55,716 bases of DNA from Porphyridium purpureum (taxonomy: Eukaryota): positions 1,798,001-1,853,716 of the forward strand of contig VRMN01000004.1 of assembly GCA_008690995.1 (NCBI GenBank), given 5' to 3'. A program made the position numbers and the translations under genes. The notes under the pieces were generated by a model. That model was not told the origin of the DNA. It ran no database searches and saw only the letters and a list, made by a program, of their open reading frames with translations. Positions within the stretch are counted from its first letter, which is position 1, and every line of letters begins with the position of its first letter. Shown here piece by piece: positions 41,378-53,041 of the stretch.

Positions 41378-42053
41378 ATGGCCGCGGGTCGCGGGCCTCG
41401 TTGTGCTGGCGTGCTGGGCGTGCGCGATGATGATGGGCGGTGTGCAAGCCGCACCGGCGAGCGCGCTCGTGCAGCGTAGTGCGCGCGCGGCACGCAGCGT
41501 GTGCAAGTGGAGCGCGGTGGTGCGGCGGGAGGATGACGTCGAAGACAGGAATGATGGCCTGGATCAAATCACCTGGTCAAAGGAGGAGCTCAAGGAGGCG
41601 CTCTTCTTGCACCTTGTCTCCTTCACGAATGACGCCGAATCCTGGATCAACAATGTGGTGTATAGCGACGGCGAAATGGAGGGCATGTTCGCGTCATGCA
41701 CCAAGGAGAAGGCCGTGGCACTGGATGCAGAGTCGTGCTACATGTTCAATGCGAACGTCGAGACCATTTATGGCGAATTCTTCACCGAGGCGGAGCTCGA
41801 CAACTACAAGTTTAAGGAGCCGGTTCTCACGAGCATCGCGAATGGCGGCCCGGCGCCTACGATTGATGAGTACGTCTTGGACGACATGGAGATGGAGGGA
41901 ATTTTCTCTGGCACCTTCAATTGCAAGAAAGAACACAGCGGTAAAGTGTTTCCATTCGAGGTGTCCTTCCAGATCCTGGACGACTATACCGTCACGTTCT
42001 ATGTGCTCAAGACTTGTGGTGGCGGTGCGAATATGGATATCAAGTTGGGTTAG
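41378..42053 (+). CDS. Small secreted hypothetical protein (acidic, Cys-containing); 5' end apparently frameshifted
   Basis: ORF 41337-42053 has strong C/G third-position bias and a signal-like segment VAGLVVLACWACAMMMGGVQA. The ATG at 41378 is one base out of frame; the first in-frame ATG is at 41427. Confidence 0.7.
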
Positions 42054-44428
42054 CTCAACAAACAGGGAGATTTGGTCGCCTGTGACGCGAACAAGCCGCT
42101 CTCAGTGCCAGGTACAACACCTACCACGACGGTTTTATGTAAGTTTACGTAGGCCCTTTAGATTTATATTGTAAAACGATTTCAAAGTAATCCTAATGTG
42201 CACCGTTCGCGCACCTAAATACCGCGCTCTGACTTTGCTTCAGTATGTACTGAAAACGTCAGGCGAGACCAGCATACTGGTTGACATTTCGACTTTGATT
42301 GGCGTATCCTTGTCTCTGTAGGATTGTAAGGTCAGTACTGCCGGCTTCCATGCCACCTGGACGTAAGTAGAATTGGGCGAGCCGTTCTCGTACATCATCA
42401 ACCTGCGCTCTGCAATGCTCATTCTGGATGCTGGAGCGCCACTGGATCGCATTTGCACGAAACGGAAGAAAAAAAAATTTAATAAATCGCTACTCTCATC
42501 GCTACGTACACGAGTCCACGTGCGGCCGTTCGAGTTGAACGCATGATGGAGCACTCCTTCTTTGGCTGGTAATAAAACATCCTGCTTCTCTCACCCGCGG
42601 TCATCAAACAAGGTGCCAAAGGTTTGCGCTCACCGATCGATAAGTAGCGCCAGTGTCGACGACCTTCGTGCCCTCTTCATCTGCACGAACCTCACCACAG
42701 TACTCAGTCGGATGTACAGACGCTCAGCTCTGGCCGCACCAGGACCTGCAGCCCATTGAAATACATAGAACGCTCGCCTTGACCAAAGCTAGAACCGAAC
42801 CTGCATGGTGCGCGCGTACTAGGCAGTACGGTCATTAGGGCGTCCAAACTCGCATTCTCGACCGAGTCTACCTGCGCAAACAAATCGTCCAGCCAGCACC
42901 TGAAGCGTTGCTCGCGCACATTCAACTAGCCCATGCCAATTCGGCTATACCTTGCAACCGCCTTTCTCTCAGGCTCGCGACTTGCGTGAAAGTACTTTTC
43001 ACCGAGACTCAGTTGCTCAGGATGCCCATGTCAAGGCACATGTTGAGAGTCTCTGCGGTACCAAGCTCCACTGCGGCTCTGCCTGAGTGCAAGAATCTCC
43101 GTGCATGTTGTATGGATGAGAATGCACAAAACTTAAACGAGTCGAGCTTGTCATTGCTGCTCAGTGCCGCGCGAGTCTCTTGCATAGATGCAAAAAAGCC
43201 GAGACCGAAAACAATGCGCGCCTCAACCAAAGGCTATGAGCGAAAGTGTACCCAGTTCACGCACCGCCATATTAGCGGCAGCCTCCGGCAGTTTCTGCTC
43301 TATCTCACCGGGTAAATGCAAAGGCTAAAGCTCGGCCGTAATTCCGTTGATCGCAAATCGCATTTGGCTGCAGATACTATGCTTTTCACGCGACTTACGT
43401 GGTCTGCCTCCCATTTTGCATTTGCATACAACTCGGCTTGTCAGGAATATTCTGTTTGCATATGGAAGAGCGATGTGACATGAACAATTGTCGTCCAGAT
43501 GCGATGATAAATAGACATGCACACACAAATGCCGAACCGCCTCAGCTTGCTGTTGCTTTGAAAACCCACGAGATCGGGCATGTCCTGTTCAGCTTCTCGG
43601 GCGCTTCGCTCTCATCGGAACAAATGCCGATGCAAAGCACCCGCAAATGTGTGCTGGGGCCCCACATTGGCATGCTACACGACTCGTCACCAACCAAAGA
43701 CGAATGGAAGGGAACCCACTTTGTTTCCTTTTGTTTCTCCCCAACGAAGAACGATTCAAGTTACGCGTGCGTGGCCAAGCTACTCGCAGCAGGAATCTTG
43801 GGATAGGAGGCGACACAGCAGTTTGTTGTCTCACGCGTCCAATTGGCGGTGTGTCAATCAGCTGGCCCTGCATTTTGACAGCTCAAAGATCACGACCGCG
43901 GATCGGATAGACAAGCGACGGCTCCGCTGCGCTTTCGTGCGCAACGAACATAGCGCACAATGCTACCATTCGCAATGCGCCCACGTACGGCCGGGCGAAG
44001 CAGAAAGTTGCGAGCTGTGTGATGGCGCTCGAGCGCCGTCGTCAGGATCGCATCTGCCTAGCTGCTTCTACGCGTGATCGACGGAAACGTCCAAAAGAGT
44101 ATATCAATATGACAATGCGCCACTTTGTGACAGCCCGCGAATTTCTGGAAACGTGCTCAAGCCACGACTCCCGCCTCAATCTGCTCCCATCGCACTCAAC
44201 GGCCACTCGATGCCTTCCTTTCCGAGGACGTGCTGCAAGTTGAGGACGCACTATCGTATCTCGTGTGCAGTTGCCACCGCGCGCGACTTTCTCCTGTCCA
44301 AGTCCATGAGCATTATGCTTCGCGCGTCCTAAATGAAAAGCGCCTTCCAACTAGACACCAGCGTCGCGTGCAGTGGCTAGGAGACGTCGTGGAGGGGAAG
44401 AACGGTTGAGCCTTTGTCCGCTCTGACC

Positions 44429-45977
44429 ATGTCGTCACATGCGCACGGAACAGTCAAGCAGGAGGCGCCGCATTTCATCGTCGTGGGTGCCGGGCCAGTT
44501 GGCTTGCAGGCAGCGCTGCTTCTGGCAAAGGCTGGTTACCGAGTGACGGTGTATGACAAGGTTGACGACAGTCATGTCACGGACGGCACCTCGAAGCTAA
44601 ACAGCTGGGAAGACTCGTACCCGATTGAGTGAATCGCCGCGGGCTGGCGAGCCCCTTACCAAATGCGATCAGGCTGTTCAGCGCACGGGTGTCCTTGTCG
44701 ACTCCTGGCAGATCTATACGGGGAAGAAGCGCGTGGCCACGCAACACTCGGGCAACGTTTACGGTCAAACAAGAGCGCAAGTTACCAACATCTTACTCGC
44801 AGAAGCGGTGAAGCAGAGCGATTGTATTCAGATTCTGTGGCAGCATGCACTCACAGCCATTGATTTCCGACTCAAAGTGCTAAAGTTTGACAATCTGCGA
44901 ACCAACAAGCAGGTTGTAGTCGACGCCTCCGCGAGCCGGGTTCTGGCAGCTGATGGCGTGCGTAGTGTGGCTCGGCGCGAGATGGAACGCGCCTTCGGTC
45001 CAGCTGCAGGCACAAAGAATCGTGGTGGCAATGATGACGATGATGATCAAGCATTACGCTCTGAGTTCGGCTTTGTCAAGGACAAGTTCTTTCTAAGCAA
45101 AGTCACGCCATGGGCGGTGCGTTTCCGTGTGCTCTTTTCATCTCACGATGTGAAGAACACCAGTGAATTCAAACTGGATCCTAGCGTGCATTACATCTTC
45201 AGCGGTATCTATACGGCAATCATCAATTCTGGTGATGAAAGCGGCACGAATCGCTGGTCAATCGTAATGTCGATGCCCGAAAACCAAGTCAACGACCCGG
45301 ATGCTCGGATCCTATCAAGTGGTGAAGCATCAAACGAAAATGTCGCCAAGCTTCGCCAGTATATCGAACGAAAAGCACCAATGCTGATGCCGCTGTTTTG
45401 AGACAAGGATGCGAAGGCCTTCTTCGGTCGCCGGACGTTTGGAGGAGCACTAGTTGCGGTCAACACCCTTCGTGCTGGGGAGTGGCTTTGTCTTTTGGGT
45501 GACGCTGCCCATAGCGCCATCCCTCCCACCGGAGAGGGTATCAATGGGGGGTTGGAAGACTGCAAGGTGTTGCATGAGTGCTTGAAAGCGGCGAATGGTG
45601 GTGTCCCAGGAGGAAGCGTGCCAAATGATTTATTTGAGAGATTTGATCGTGCGCGTTTGTCTGATGTTTTGGCACTGCATGAGATTGCATCGTATCTGAA
45701 TGACAATTTCTACTCCAATGGCGCTGAGAAGGCGGCACGGGTCATGGCCAAAATCTTTGCGTCCATTCGTCGCAAACTTGGAGTTGGACCGCCACTGTAC
45801 GAGGAGCTTACGTTTGGACAAATGTCGAATCCACCCGTGCCGTACAGTCAAGTTGTGAGTGTGTTCCGAAACAATTTGCTTGGACTTTGTTTGTTCCGAC
45901 TACTGGTTCGGCCGTTTTCAGGTGTGGCGTCGATTTGCCGCCCGTCAGCACTTTCATCAGACTCGAGTAAAATGTAG
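44429..45977 (+). pseudogene. FAD-dependent monooxygenase (kynurenine 3-monooxygenase-like) pseudogene
   Basis: IVVGAGPVG Rossmann motif, SYPI(G)VNRRGL, AADG, LGDAAH..PPTGEGINGGLED. Frameshifts at about 44627 and 44650-44660, in-frame TGA at 45399-45401. Confidence 0.88.
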
Positions 45978-47468
45978 GAAGGGCTCCACTCGATCAGAAC
46001 TACGCCCGCTCTGCATGTGGGCAAGACTCGAGACAGCCTGGTTGGATGGAAACGCACGCGTGCGGACACAAGAAGGACGGCGTTCTCGAACAACGTTTTC
46101 TGCAATGGTGTACGCTCGCACGCCATTCCTTTCTGCAAATGATCGGACGGGGACAGTGAGCCCATCTGAGATCGCCCAGTTGTGCGAAAGAATGAAGTTG
46201 CGGTCTCTCATTTTTCTGCTTGCGGTTGGCATTGAAGTGGACAAAGTATAGCTCACTACATTTCTCAGATGATGAGGGTCGTCGCTACCCCACCCGAAGG
46301 GACAAGACATCGACGCCCCGTGAGCAGTTGCACCATCACGCGAACGTTTCTGCCAAGCGCACACTCCCCTCTAATAATCATGTTATGGCGTAGGCCGAAT
46401 ACTAGTGGTGTGCAAACAGAAAACGGAAGTTCAATGCCGAGAAGGCAAGACTGAACAGGTATCCGCAAGCAACCTCCTTTGGTCTACACTTCGATCTCCT
46501 CTGATTAAAAGCAACGTGTGTCTGTTGTAGGAAACGCCTTCCCACTCTGTGTGCACCGCGTGTCACAGTCCCTCGACTGTACACACACGGTGCTCACCTC
46601 CTGTTCTTCCTTGCTGCCAAAGGACCGTTGTGCAGCTTCCCAACACCTTGTAGGCTCTTTCTTCTTCGTCAACGGTGCCCTCTTTATTTTGGCTCACTCT
46701 AATCTAACACCTGTGGAACGTACTTTATATACCTTTCTGTCCAAAACGGTCCGCTCGAGAAAACGCCCCCTCAGGCGCAAAAAACTCTGCGTCCGTTCCC
46801 GTCACGACCCCCTGGACGGTCGCACAACCGAATCATTGTGGGCCACGACACTACTGTGCGCCCTCTTTCACGTCAGCAAGCTCTGGCGCGCCCTGTTCCT
46901 CATCAGCAGGTTCATTCGCGTGCGTTCGGCTCGACCCATTTGCACGAAGTTCACACAGTGTCGAAACGTGTGATAGTGGCGCGAAGCAGTTCCAGCGCAA
47001 TACTTTGTCAATCCTGCATTTAGAGCGGACAGCACAGTATAATCTGGAAGGAACAGCTATTTTTGGAAAATAGCTTGGACACACGCACCCGTGCACGTGT
47101 CACGTGTCCAACTTCTTTGCACCGTGTCCCCCACCTGCAGTGTCGTCCACACCTCCTCGCGTCACGTATACAGGCGAGTACCTAAAGGCGAAGGAACTAG
47201 ACCTTCGCGAAGACAGGAACAGGTAGAGTAAATGTTTTGTGTGTAAAAGAATATACATTCTGTGACTTCTGTTGTTCGGGAGAGAACAGATATCACCTCA
47301 CGCTTCCCACCTCAATGGCCCGCTTGTCGGCAGACTCGCAGACCAGGGGTGAGGCGGCGGATCATTGACTCTCTGTTGGAAAACAAAACTGGTTACCTTT
47401 GACATTTCGAAATTCAGTCCATGTGTTCAGAACAGCCCACTGTATTGTTAAATTAACGACTAGTTATA

Positions 47469-47496
47469 CAGTCCTGGCAAAGATGTTTGCAACACC
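47469..47496 (+). repeat. Tc1 left TIR
   Basis: CAGTCCTGGCAAAGATGTTTGCAACACC, preceded by TA. Confidence 0.93.
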
Positions 47497-47505
47497 TGCA
47501 GTTTG

Positions 47506-47726
47506 TGTCAATTATTCGTGTGAATAATTGACCAAGTACAGGTGTAGCTGTACCAAGTTACTTTGAGGGTTACCCGAACCCTCAATTTCTTGACCAGCGT
47601 ATAAATACGCGGCGAGCGGCGGCGGGAAAGTAGCACTAGAACAAAAATAAAGGTTAAGGGTGTATGGAAAAAGAACAAACCTTCCGCCCCGTGGGATAGC
47701 CTGACGGGGGATAGAGATGAACGACA
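47506..47726 (+). repeat. 5' LTR (221 bp)
   Basis: Direct repeat of 53042-53262; TATAAATA inside. Confidence 0.96.
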
Positions 47727-47779
47727 GTGATCACTCGGGATCTCTCCAGTGTTAGAAGAAGTGTGGTGTCTGACTTAAG

Positions 47780-50700
47780 ATGACTCGTCGGGGTGCTAAC
47801 GTCGCGGCGGGTGCGAGTGGCGAACGTGAGAGAGAAGTGTCTCCCGCTGGAGAAGGGATCGATGCGGGACATATGACGCAAATCAGTCGCGACGAAGGCT
47901 CCACGGAGTCCAGCGACCAGTTCGATCCCTCTCTTCTAATTAGCATGGATCTTGGTAGTTTTTCTACCGAAAAGAGGCTGGCGATTGAGGACTTACGGGA
48001 CTTCGTCGTCATGTTCCGAACCTACAGCGGTGTGGCCTTGATGGTGCAGATGACTCGCCGTCTTCCTCGTTCCAGTATCCTGGATTGTGGCCTCTTTGCA
48101 CGCGAACAGTTTGCTTCATTTCTGACAGCAGCACAAGTACCAGGTTTTCGTCTATCTGACCCCGGTGTACCCACGATTGATCGTTTTCGCCGGATTTATG
48201 AAGACAGTAATGATTCCCGATCTTCTGCGACGGTGCTAGATGCGAACGGACGTACTCCGCAACGGGGAGCCGCACCTGTGACGGATACTTGGCAGCAAGA
48301 CTCTGGCCGATTGCAAGCAAGTACCGTAGGTCATAGTTCTCAGCCCGTGGTGCCACCAATCGTTTCTGTGCCCGGCAACGAATATGGTCTTGCGAGAAAC
48401 TCATCCACAGTTTCGAAAATGATTAGATCGGAGGACATTTTTTACATGGACGAATACAAGGATAAGATATCATACTACCGGTGGAAACAAGAAGCCCTTC
48501 TTACGTTTGCGCGAGCTGAAGTCACCGAACACCACCGTGCTCCGATCCTCGGCATGATGCTGGGCGGAACGATCAAGATGTTTTATACCGACAAAGTCCA
48601 GTACAATAAGAGCCTGAACGATGCTTTCGAATTACTTGATTCCAAAGTTTTTACCGGGGAATTTCATGAACAGATGGTTGATTTATTTGACGGGGTGAAG
48701 TTCCGCCACATTGCGAATCGCATGCGTAATAGCGGCAACAAAGGGATTTTACATGTACTGTACCATGATACTCTGAAGTACGCGCAAGGCTGCTTACCGA
48801 CGGAATATCATGGCGAACGCCGCCTCCTCCGGGCTCTGCGCAATGCAGTAAGAGATGAAAGTTTCGCATCTGCAGTCCTGCTGAAGGATTTCAACACTGC
48901 CGATGACCTATACGCTCATCTGGTGGGATGCATCAATATACAGTCGCGGATTGTACGACCGTCTTTGCCTGCATCCCAGCCACGCGCCCAACATCAGTTG
49001 TTCACCAGAGATTTACGTCATCAAGTGTCTTCCTCCTCTGCCGCTGGATCGCACGCGAAGAAATCCAGTGCGCCGTTTTGCCGCAATTGCAGCTCTCCTG
49101 AGCACCTTGCCATGCAGTGTCCAGAACCGCCCAAATGTCATAATTGTGGCTCTACAAGTCATTTCATTGCACAGTGCTCGGAGACATTGAATCAAAAATT
49201 GCAACGAGCGCCTGTTCGAAATATTCGCGCGCTTCTCTTCAGTAATGAGGATATGCAAGCGTCCGATATTGATCCAGTGTTGGAAAGTGTTGAGTCGTTT
49301 GAAGAACACAATGCTTCAGGACACGACAACAGCATAGAGGACGAACTATTTTATTCCGCTGTCAACGACATGCATATTAAGTATGAACATCTGCAAAGTA
49401 TCGCGTCAGCAACTCGCTCGTCAGGAGCCATCGGGCTTGCGCTGCTTTCGCAACGTATGATTTCAGACTTCTGGGGTGTATGCGTTGATACCGGAGCAAG
49501 CTCCAACTTTTGCTCACTACCACAGTGGCAAGCGTTTTGCGCATTATCGAACAGCCCGTCTTCGCTGCGTCCAGTCACAATGCGCTCCGTCGGTCTCGAT
49601 ATCGGCATATTTCGGATCATCGGAACTGGAGAGTTTCGTCTTCCGGTCTCGTCTGATGTGTTTTTGACCGTGGATGTGGACGTTCTTGATACTTCCAAAG
49701 CAGAAGATCCTCAGTGGCCTCCACTGGTCTTGGGACTGTTGACCATGGATCATCACTCATGCTTTCCGAACAATTTGACCGACGCGTTGGTGTTTCCAAC
49801 GCTTCAGATTGAGATACCTCTTATCCGCAAATTTGGAAAACTTTTCATCGACCCTGCCATTTTCGCTCGAGCGTCTCCGCTGTTGACGTACGCGGAGCTG
49901 CGAAAAATTCACAGAAAGTTCAATCACGCGAGCAGCGAACGCATTCAGAGAATATTTGATATCGCCGACCAACCTTTGTCCGAAAACGAGTTCAGTATTC
50001 TAGCAAGACTATCGCGCCAATGTCACATCTGCCAGCGATTCTCGAAAGCACCCGCGACGTTTCGCCTGTCCGCCAATGTCGAAGTCAATTTCAATCATAC
50101 TGTGCAGCTCGATACATTCTACCTGCCGCACACCCAAGGCGAACGACCTATGCCCGTGATGCATATCGTATGCGAAGGCACCCGTTTTATGTCTGGTCAA
50201 TGGTTGAAGCACGACTCTACATCGGGTGCTTTATTCGAGATTTTCTTCCTGTGCTGGATTTCCGCGTACAATGGCGCACCACACATCGTCAAAGTCGACG
50301 CAGGATCCGCTTACGCAAGCCGGGAATTTCAGGCCCTTGCAAATGTGCACGGTATTCACGTCGACGTACAGCCGATCGAAGGGCATCAATCGATCGGACG
50401 AGTGGAACGCGCGCATGGTATAGTCGGTATTATGTACGAGAAAATGATACTTGAAGATCCAGACGCAGACGCAGATGAAACGCTTGCACACTGCTTCTTC
50501 GTCGCAAACTCATCCTGTGGGCTTTCGGGAATCCCACCATGCCTTATGGTGTTTGGCTCGATGCCTCGGATGGTAATCAGTTCGATTCAAGATGTTCCCT
50601 CTCAAGCCGCGCGGATCAATGCCCTTGTTCTCGCACGTCGTGTGTACGAAGAATTCATCGCGAAACAGTACTTAAACATCGCGCTGAGCCGTCGCCACGC

Positions 50701-52417
50701 AGCGCTCGGTTCCGAAATGCAAGACACCGGTCCTCCTGTGCCTGGCGACCTAGTAATAATCGCCCGGGAAAGAAACCGCAGACGGAATTATGATGGGCCC
50801 TATCTGTGCGTCGCTGTTGATGGCCATAAGGTCTCAGTTCGAATGCCGCCCACCGGTGCCGTCCGGATTTTTCATGTTGCACGTGTACGCAAATATCGGA
50901 TCGAACCCGCTGCTGAGCTGCTAACGCAGCCCATATCTGCCCGCGAATATCGCTTGAATCCAGACCTGCAACTTCGCTTCAAGAGTTCTGACGAGGAGGA
51001 GCTTTCCTGGCTTTACAACCAGGGAGCTTTTATTATTGCAGAACGTGTACCCACCAACGCCGTCATCGTCCCTGCAAAAATGGTTCGTGTTCTCAAAAAT
51101 TACCGTACTGCTCACGAGACCACAAAGTCACGTTTGGTCGCACTCGGACATGTGGACGCTCAGAAACGCTCTCTTATTGTCGAGTCTCCGATGCTGTCGC
51201 AGTGGGCACTCAAAGTTATTGTGTCCACCACAGTTCAATTCGGCTGGACAATTCATACTCAGGATGCGAAAAAAGCATACTTGCAAGCAACGAAATCATT
51301 GCAGCGCCCCGTTTATATTGTCTTGCGTAGCGTCTTGTGCAATCTATTCTGCAACGCGGTCAACATTCCGCCCCGTGACATCTTGTACCTGCTCGTCGTC
51401 AAACCGCTGTACGGCCTATCCGAATCCGGCATGTATTGGTGGTTTTCCGTCCAGCACGCATTATCAACACTGTCGCTTGTTCCGACACCAATGGATCCGT
51501 GTTTCTTTATTCAAGCTTCAGATGGCCTGGTAGGCGTCCTATCGGACAATATCATTTACGCTGGAACGCGCTCATTTCTCGGCTCCTTGCAGCAAAAGCT
51601 CGCAGAATTTATTATGTCACCAGCTGAAACGCCTCCGCTCGAATACAATGGCGTACGACTTGAGCAGAATTTGCGAATGCACCAAACTGAATACCTACAA
51701 ACGCTGCGCCGCTCCGCATTGGAAGCGCTTACGCCTGAGCAATTTCGTGGACGCATTCGTTGGCTTGGTCAAACTCGCCCAGATTTACTACCTCTTTCGC
51801 CATCGGCGCTCGATCTAGCGGATACCGCGAAACGTGTTGGCAAATACCTCGCTGAAACCGAACGTTGGTATCTGCCGTACGACCGCCTTGATGCGGATTT
51901 TCGAGTTCATGCGTACAGTGATGCAAGCTTCGCAACCGATGGCACCCGGTCGCGCCTGGGTTTCTGCATTTTCCTGGTGGACGGTGTGCACCGTGCTCAT
52001 CTTCTTCATGCAAGGAGCTATTTATCTCCGCGGGTTGTACGCAGTGTTCTTGCCGCCGAGCTGTATGCCGCGAGTGACTGTTTGGATTTCTGTCTAGCCC
52101 TGCAGCCCACGCTGTGCTCCGTGCATGTACGTGATGTGCCGATCACTTTATTCACCGACAGCCAAAGCATTTTTGATACGGTGCACAAGGCCAAGGTTTT
52201 CACTGAGAAACGGCTGATGGTTGATGTCGTGCAGCTGCGAGAGGCGATCGCCACGGGCGAGCTACAAGACCTCGCTCACCTTCGAGCTTCCTCAAACATC
52301 GCAGATAGCCTTACGAAGTTTGATACTCGCCGTCTAATGTGGCACCAGTACTTCATGACGGGAAAGCTTGACCACGATGTACACATGGCAACCCAGCGGT
52401 ATTCTCCGGAACTGTAA
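47780..52417 (+). CDS. Copia Gag-Pol polyprotein (1545 aa)
   Basis: Two CCHC knuckles, protease CVDTGAS, integrase HRKFNH/CHIC and DD35E (LDTF, VDAG, VER), RT KSRLV, QDAKKAYLQ, KPLYGLSESG, RNase H YSDASF, RVVRSVLAAE, FTDS, NIADSLTK. Confidence 0.96.
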   Translation: MTRRGANVAAGASGEREREVSPAGEGIDAGHMTQISRDEGSTESSDQFDPSLLISMDLGSFSTEKRLAIEDLRDFVVMFRTYSGVALMVQMTRRLPRSSILDCGLFAREQFASFLTAAQVPGFRLSDPGVPTIDRFRRIYEDSNDSRSSATVLDANGRTPQRGAAPVTDTWQQDSGRLQASTVGHSSQPVVPPIVSVPGNEYGLARNSSTVSKMIRSEDIFYMDEYKDKISYYRWKQEALLTFARAEVTEHHRAPILGMMLGGTIKMFYTDKVQYNKSLNDAFELLDSKVFTGEFHEQMVDLFDGVKFRHIANRMRNSGNKGILHVLYHDTLKYAQGCLPTEYHGERRLLRALRNAVRDESFASAVLLKDFNTADDLYAHLVGCINIQSRIVRPSLPASQPRAQHQLFTRDLRHQVSSSSAAGSHAKKSSAPFCRNCSSPEHLAMQCPEPPKCHNCGSTSHFIAQCSETLNQKLQRAPVRNIRALLFSNEDMQASDIDPVLESVESFEEHNASGHDNSIEDELFYSAVNDMHIKYEHLQSIASATRSSGAIGLALLSQRMISDFWGVCVDTGASSNFCSLPQWQAFCALSNSPSSLRPVTMRSVGLDIGIFRIIGTGEFRLPVSSDVFLTVDVDVLDTSKAEDPQWPPLVLGLLTMDHHSCFPNNLTDALVFPTLQIEIPLIRKFGKLFIDPAIFARASPLLTYAELRKIHRKFNHASSERIQRIFDIADQPLSENEFSILARLSRQCHICQRFSKAPATFRLSANVEVNFNHTVQLDTFYLPHTQGERPMPVMHIVCEGTRFMSGQWLKHDSTSGALFEIFFLCWISAYNGAPHIVKVDAGSAYASREFQALANVHGIHVDVQPIEGHQSIGRVERAHGIVGIMYEKMILEDPDADADETLAHCFFVANSSCGLSGIPPCLMVFGSMPRMVISSIQDVPSQAARINALVLARRVYEEFIAKQYLNIALSRRHAALGSEMQDTGPPVPGDLVIIARERNRRRNYDGPYLCVAVDGHKVSVRMPPTGAVRIFHVARVRKYRIEPAAELLTQPISAREYRLNPDLQLRFKSSDEEELSWLYNQGAFIIAERVPTNAVIVPAKMVRVLKNYRTAHETTKSRLVALGHVDAQKRSLIVESPMLSQWALKVIVSTTVQFGWTIHTQDAKKAYLQATKSLQRPVYIVLRSVLCNLFCNAVNIPPRDILYLLVVKPLYGLSESGMYWWFSVQHALSTLSLVPTPMDPCFFIQASDGLVGVLSDNIIYAGTRSFLGSLQQKLAEFIMSPAETPPLEYNGVRLEQNLRMHQTEYLQTLRRSALEALTPEQFRGRIRWLGQTRPDLLPLSPSALDLADTAKRVGKYLAETERWYLPYDRLDADFRVHAYSDASFATDGTRSRLGFCIFLVDGVHRAHLLHARSYLSPRVVRSVLAAELYAASDCLDFCLALQPTLCSVHVRDVPITLFTDSQSIFDTVHKAKVFTEKRLMVDVVQLREAIATGELQDLAHLRASSNIADSLTKFDTRRLMWHQYFMTGKLDHDVHMATQRYSPEL

Positions 52418-53022
52418 TGTTGACCTGCCACCTGCCTGGTCGGTGAAAAGCCTTGAGTTTCATATCACATTCGACCAGTATACTATACACATGTGTGCAA
52501 CAATATCTCGGCCTACCGCTTCCCAGTCGCGTCCTCGTTTTCGTCGGCACAGCTGCCGCACTGTGTACAATGCGTCACCAGAGCCTCAAGTCATTCCTGC
52601 GCGTTGTCTTTGCGTCAGAGCTCGATGCAAAATTTACAAGGCCATTCAAGTTCAGCAAGTTCCTTCGCTCAGTGTGGCGAATTATTGCGCGCCATCGATC
52701 ATTCAAGCTATCAACAACATATTGGTGCTCCCACAAGCTTGCGCCTGACTCGTTTTCTCTCGTCATTTCATCTGCCAAGTCTCGACATGTCGTTTTGCCC
52801 GTTTCGGTACCGTACAATGTCCAAATGCCGCCCATTTTTCGCGAGGGCGCCGGTCAATCGTTTTTTTTACAATCTCCAGTCCGCATTTCGCACGCTGTTT
52901 TTCGTGCTCCGTGCCTGTTTGAATGTCCCGTCGACTTCCTCCTCTTCGCTCGCGCACGTGTTTTCACACTCGCTGTGTGATTCAGCATTGCATTCTGGAA
53001 TATGTCATTCGTGTGCCATCCC

Positions 53023-53041
53023 AGAAAGAAAAATAAGGGAA
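53023..53041 (+). other. Polypurine tract
   Basis: AGAAAGAAAAATAAGGGAA abutting the 3' LTR. Confidence 0.88.

Noticed and set aside
42240..44350. Fragmentary ORFs between the secreted gene and the monooxygenase
   Set aside because: No identifiable motifs; possibly old TE debris, unverifiable here.
46960..47300. Possible solo LTR upstream of the Tc1
   Set aside because: Terminal inverted match is imperfect, there is no TSD, and no second copy.
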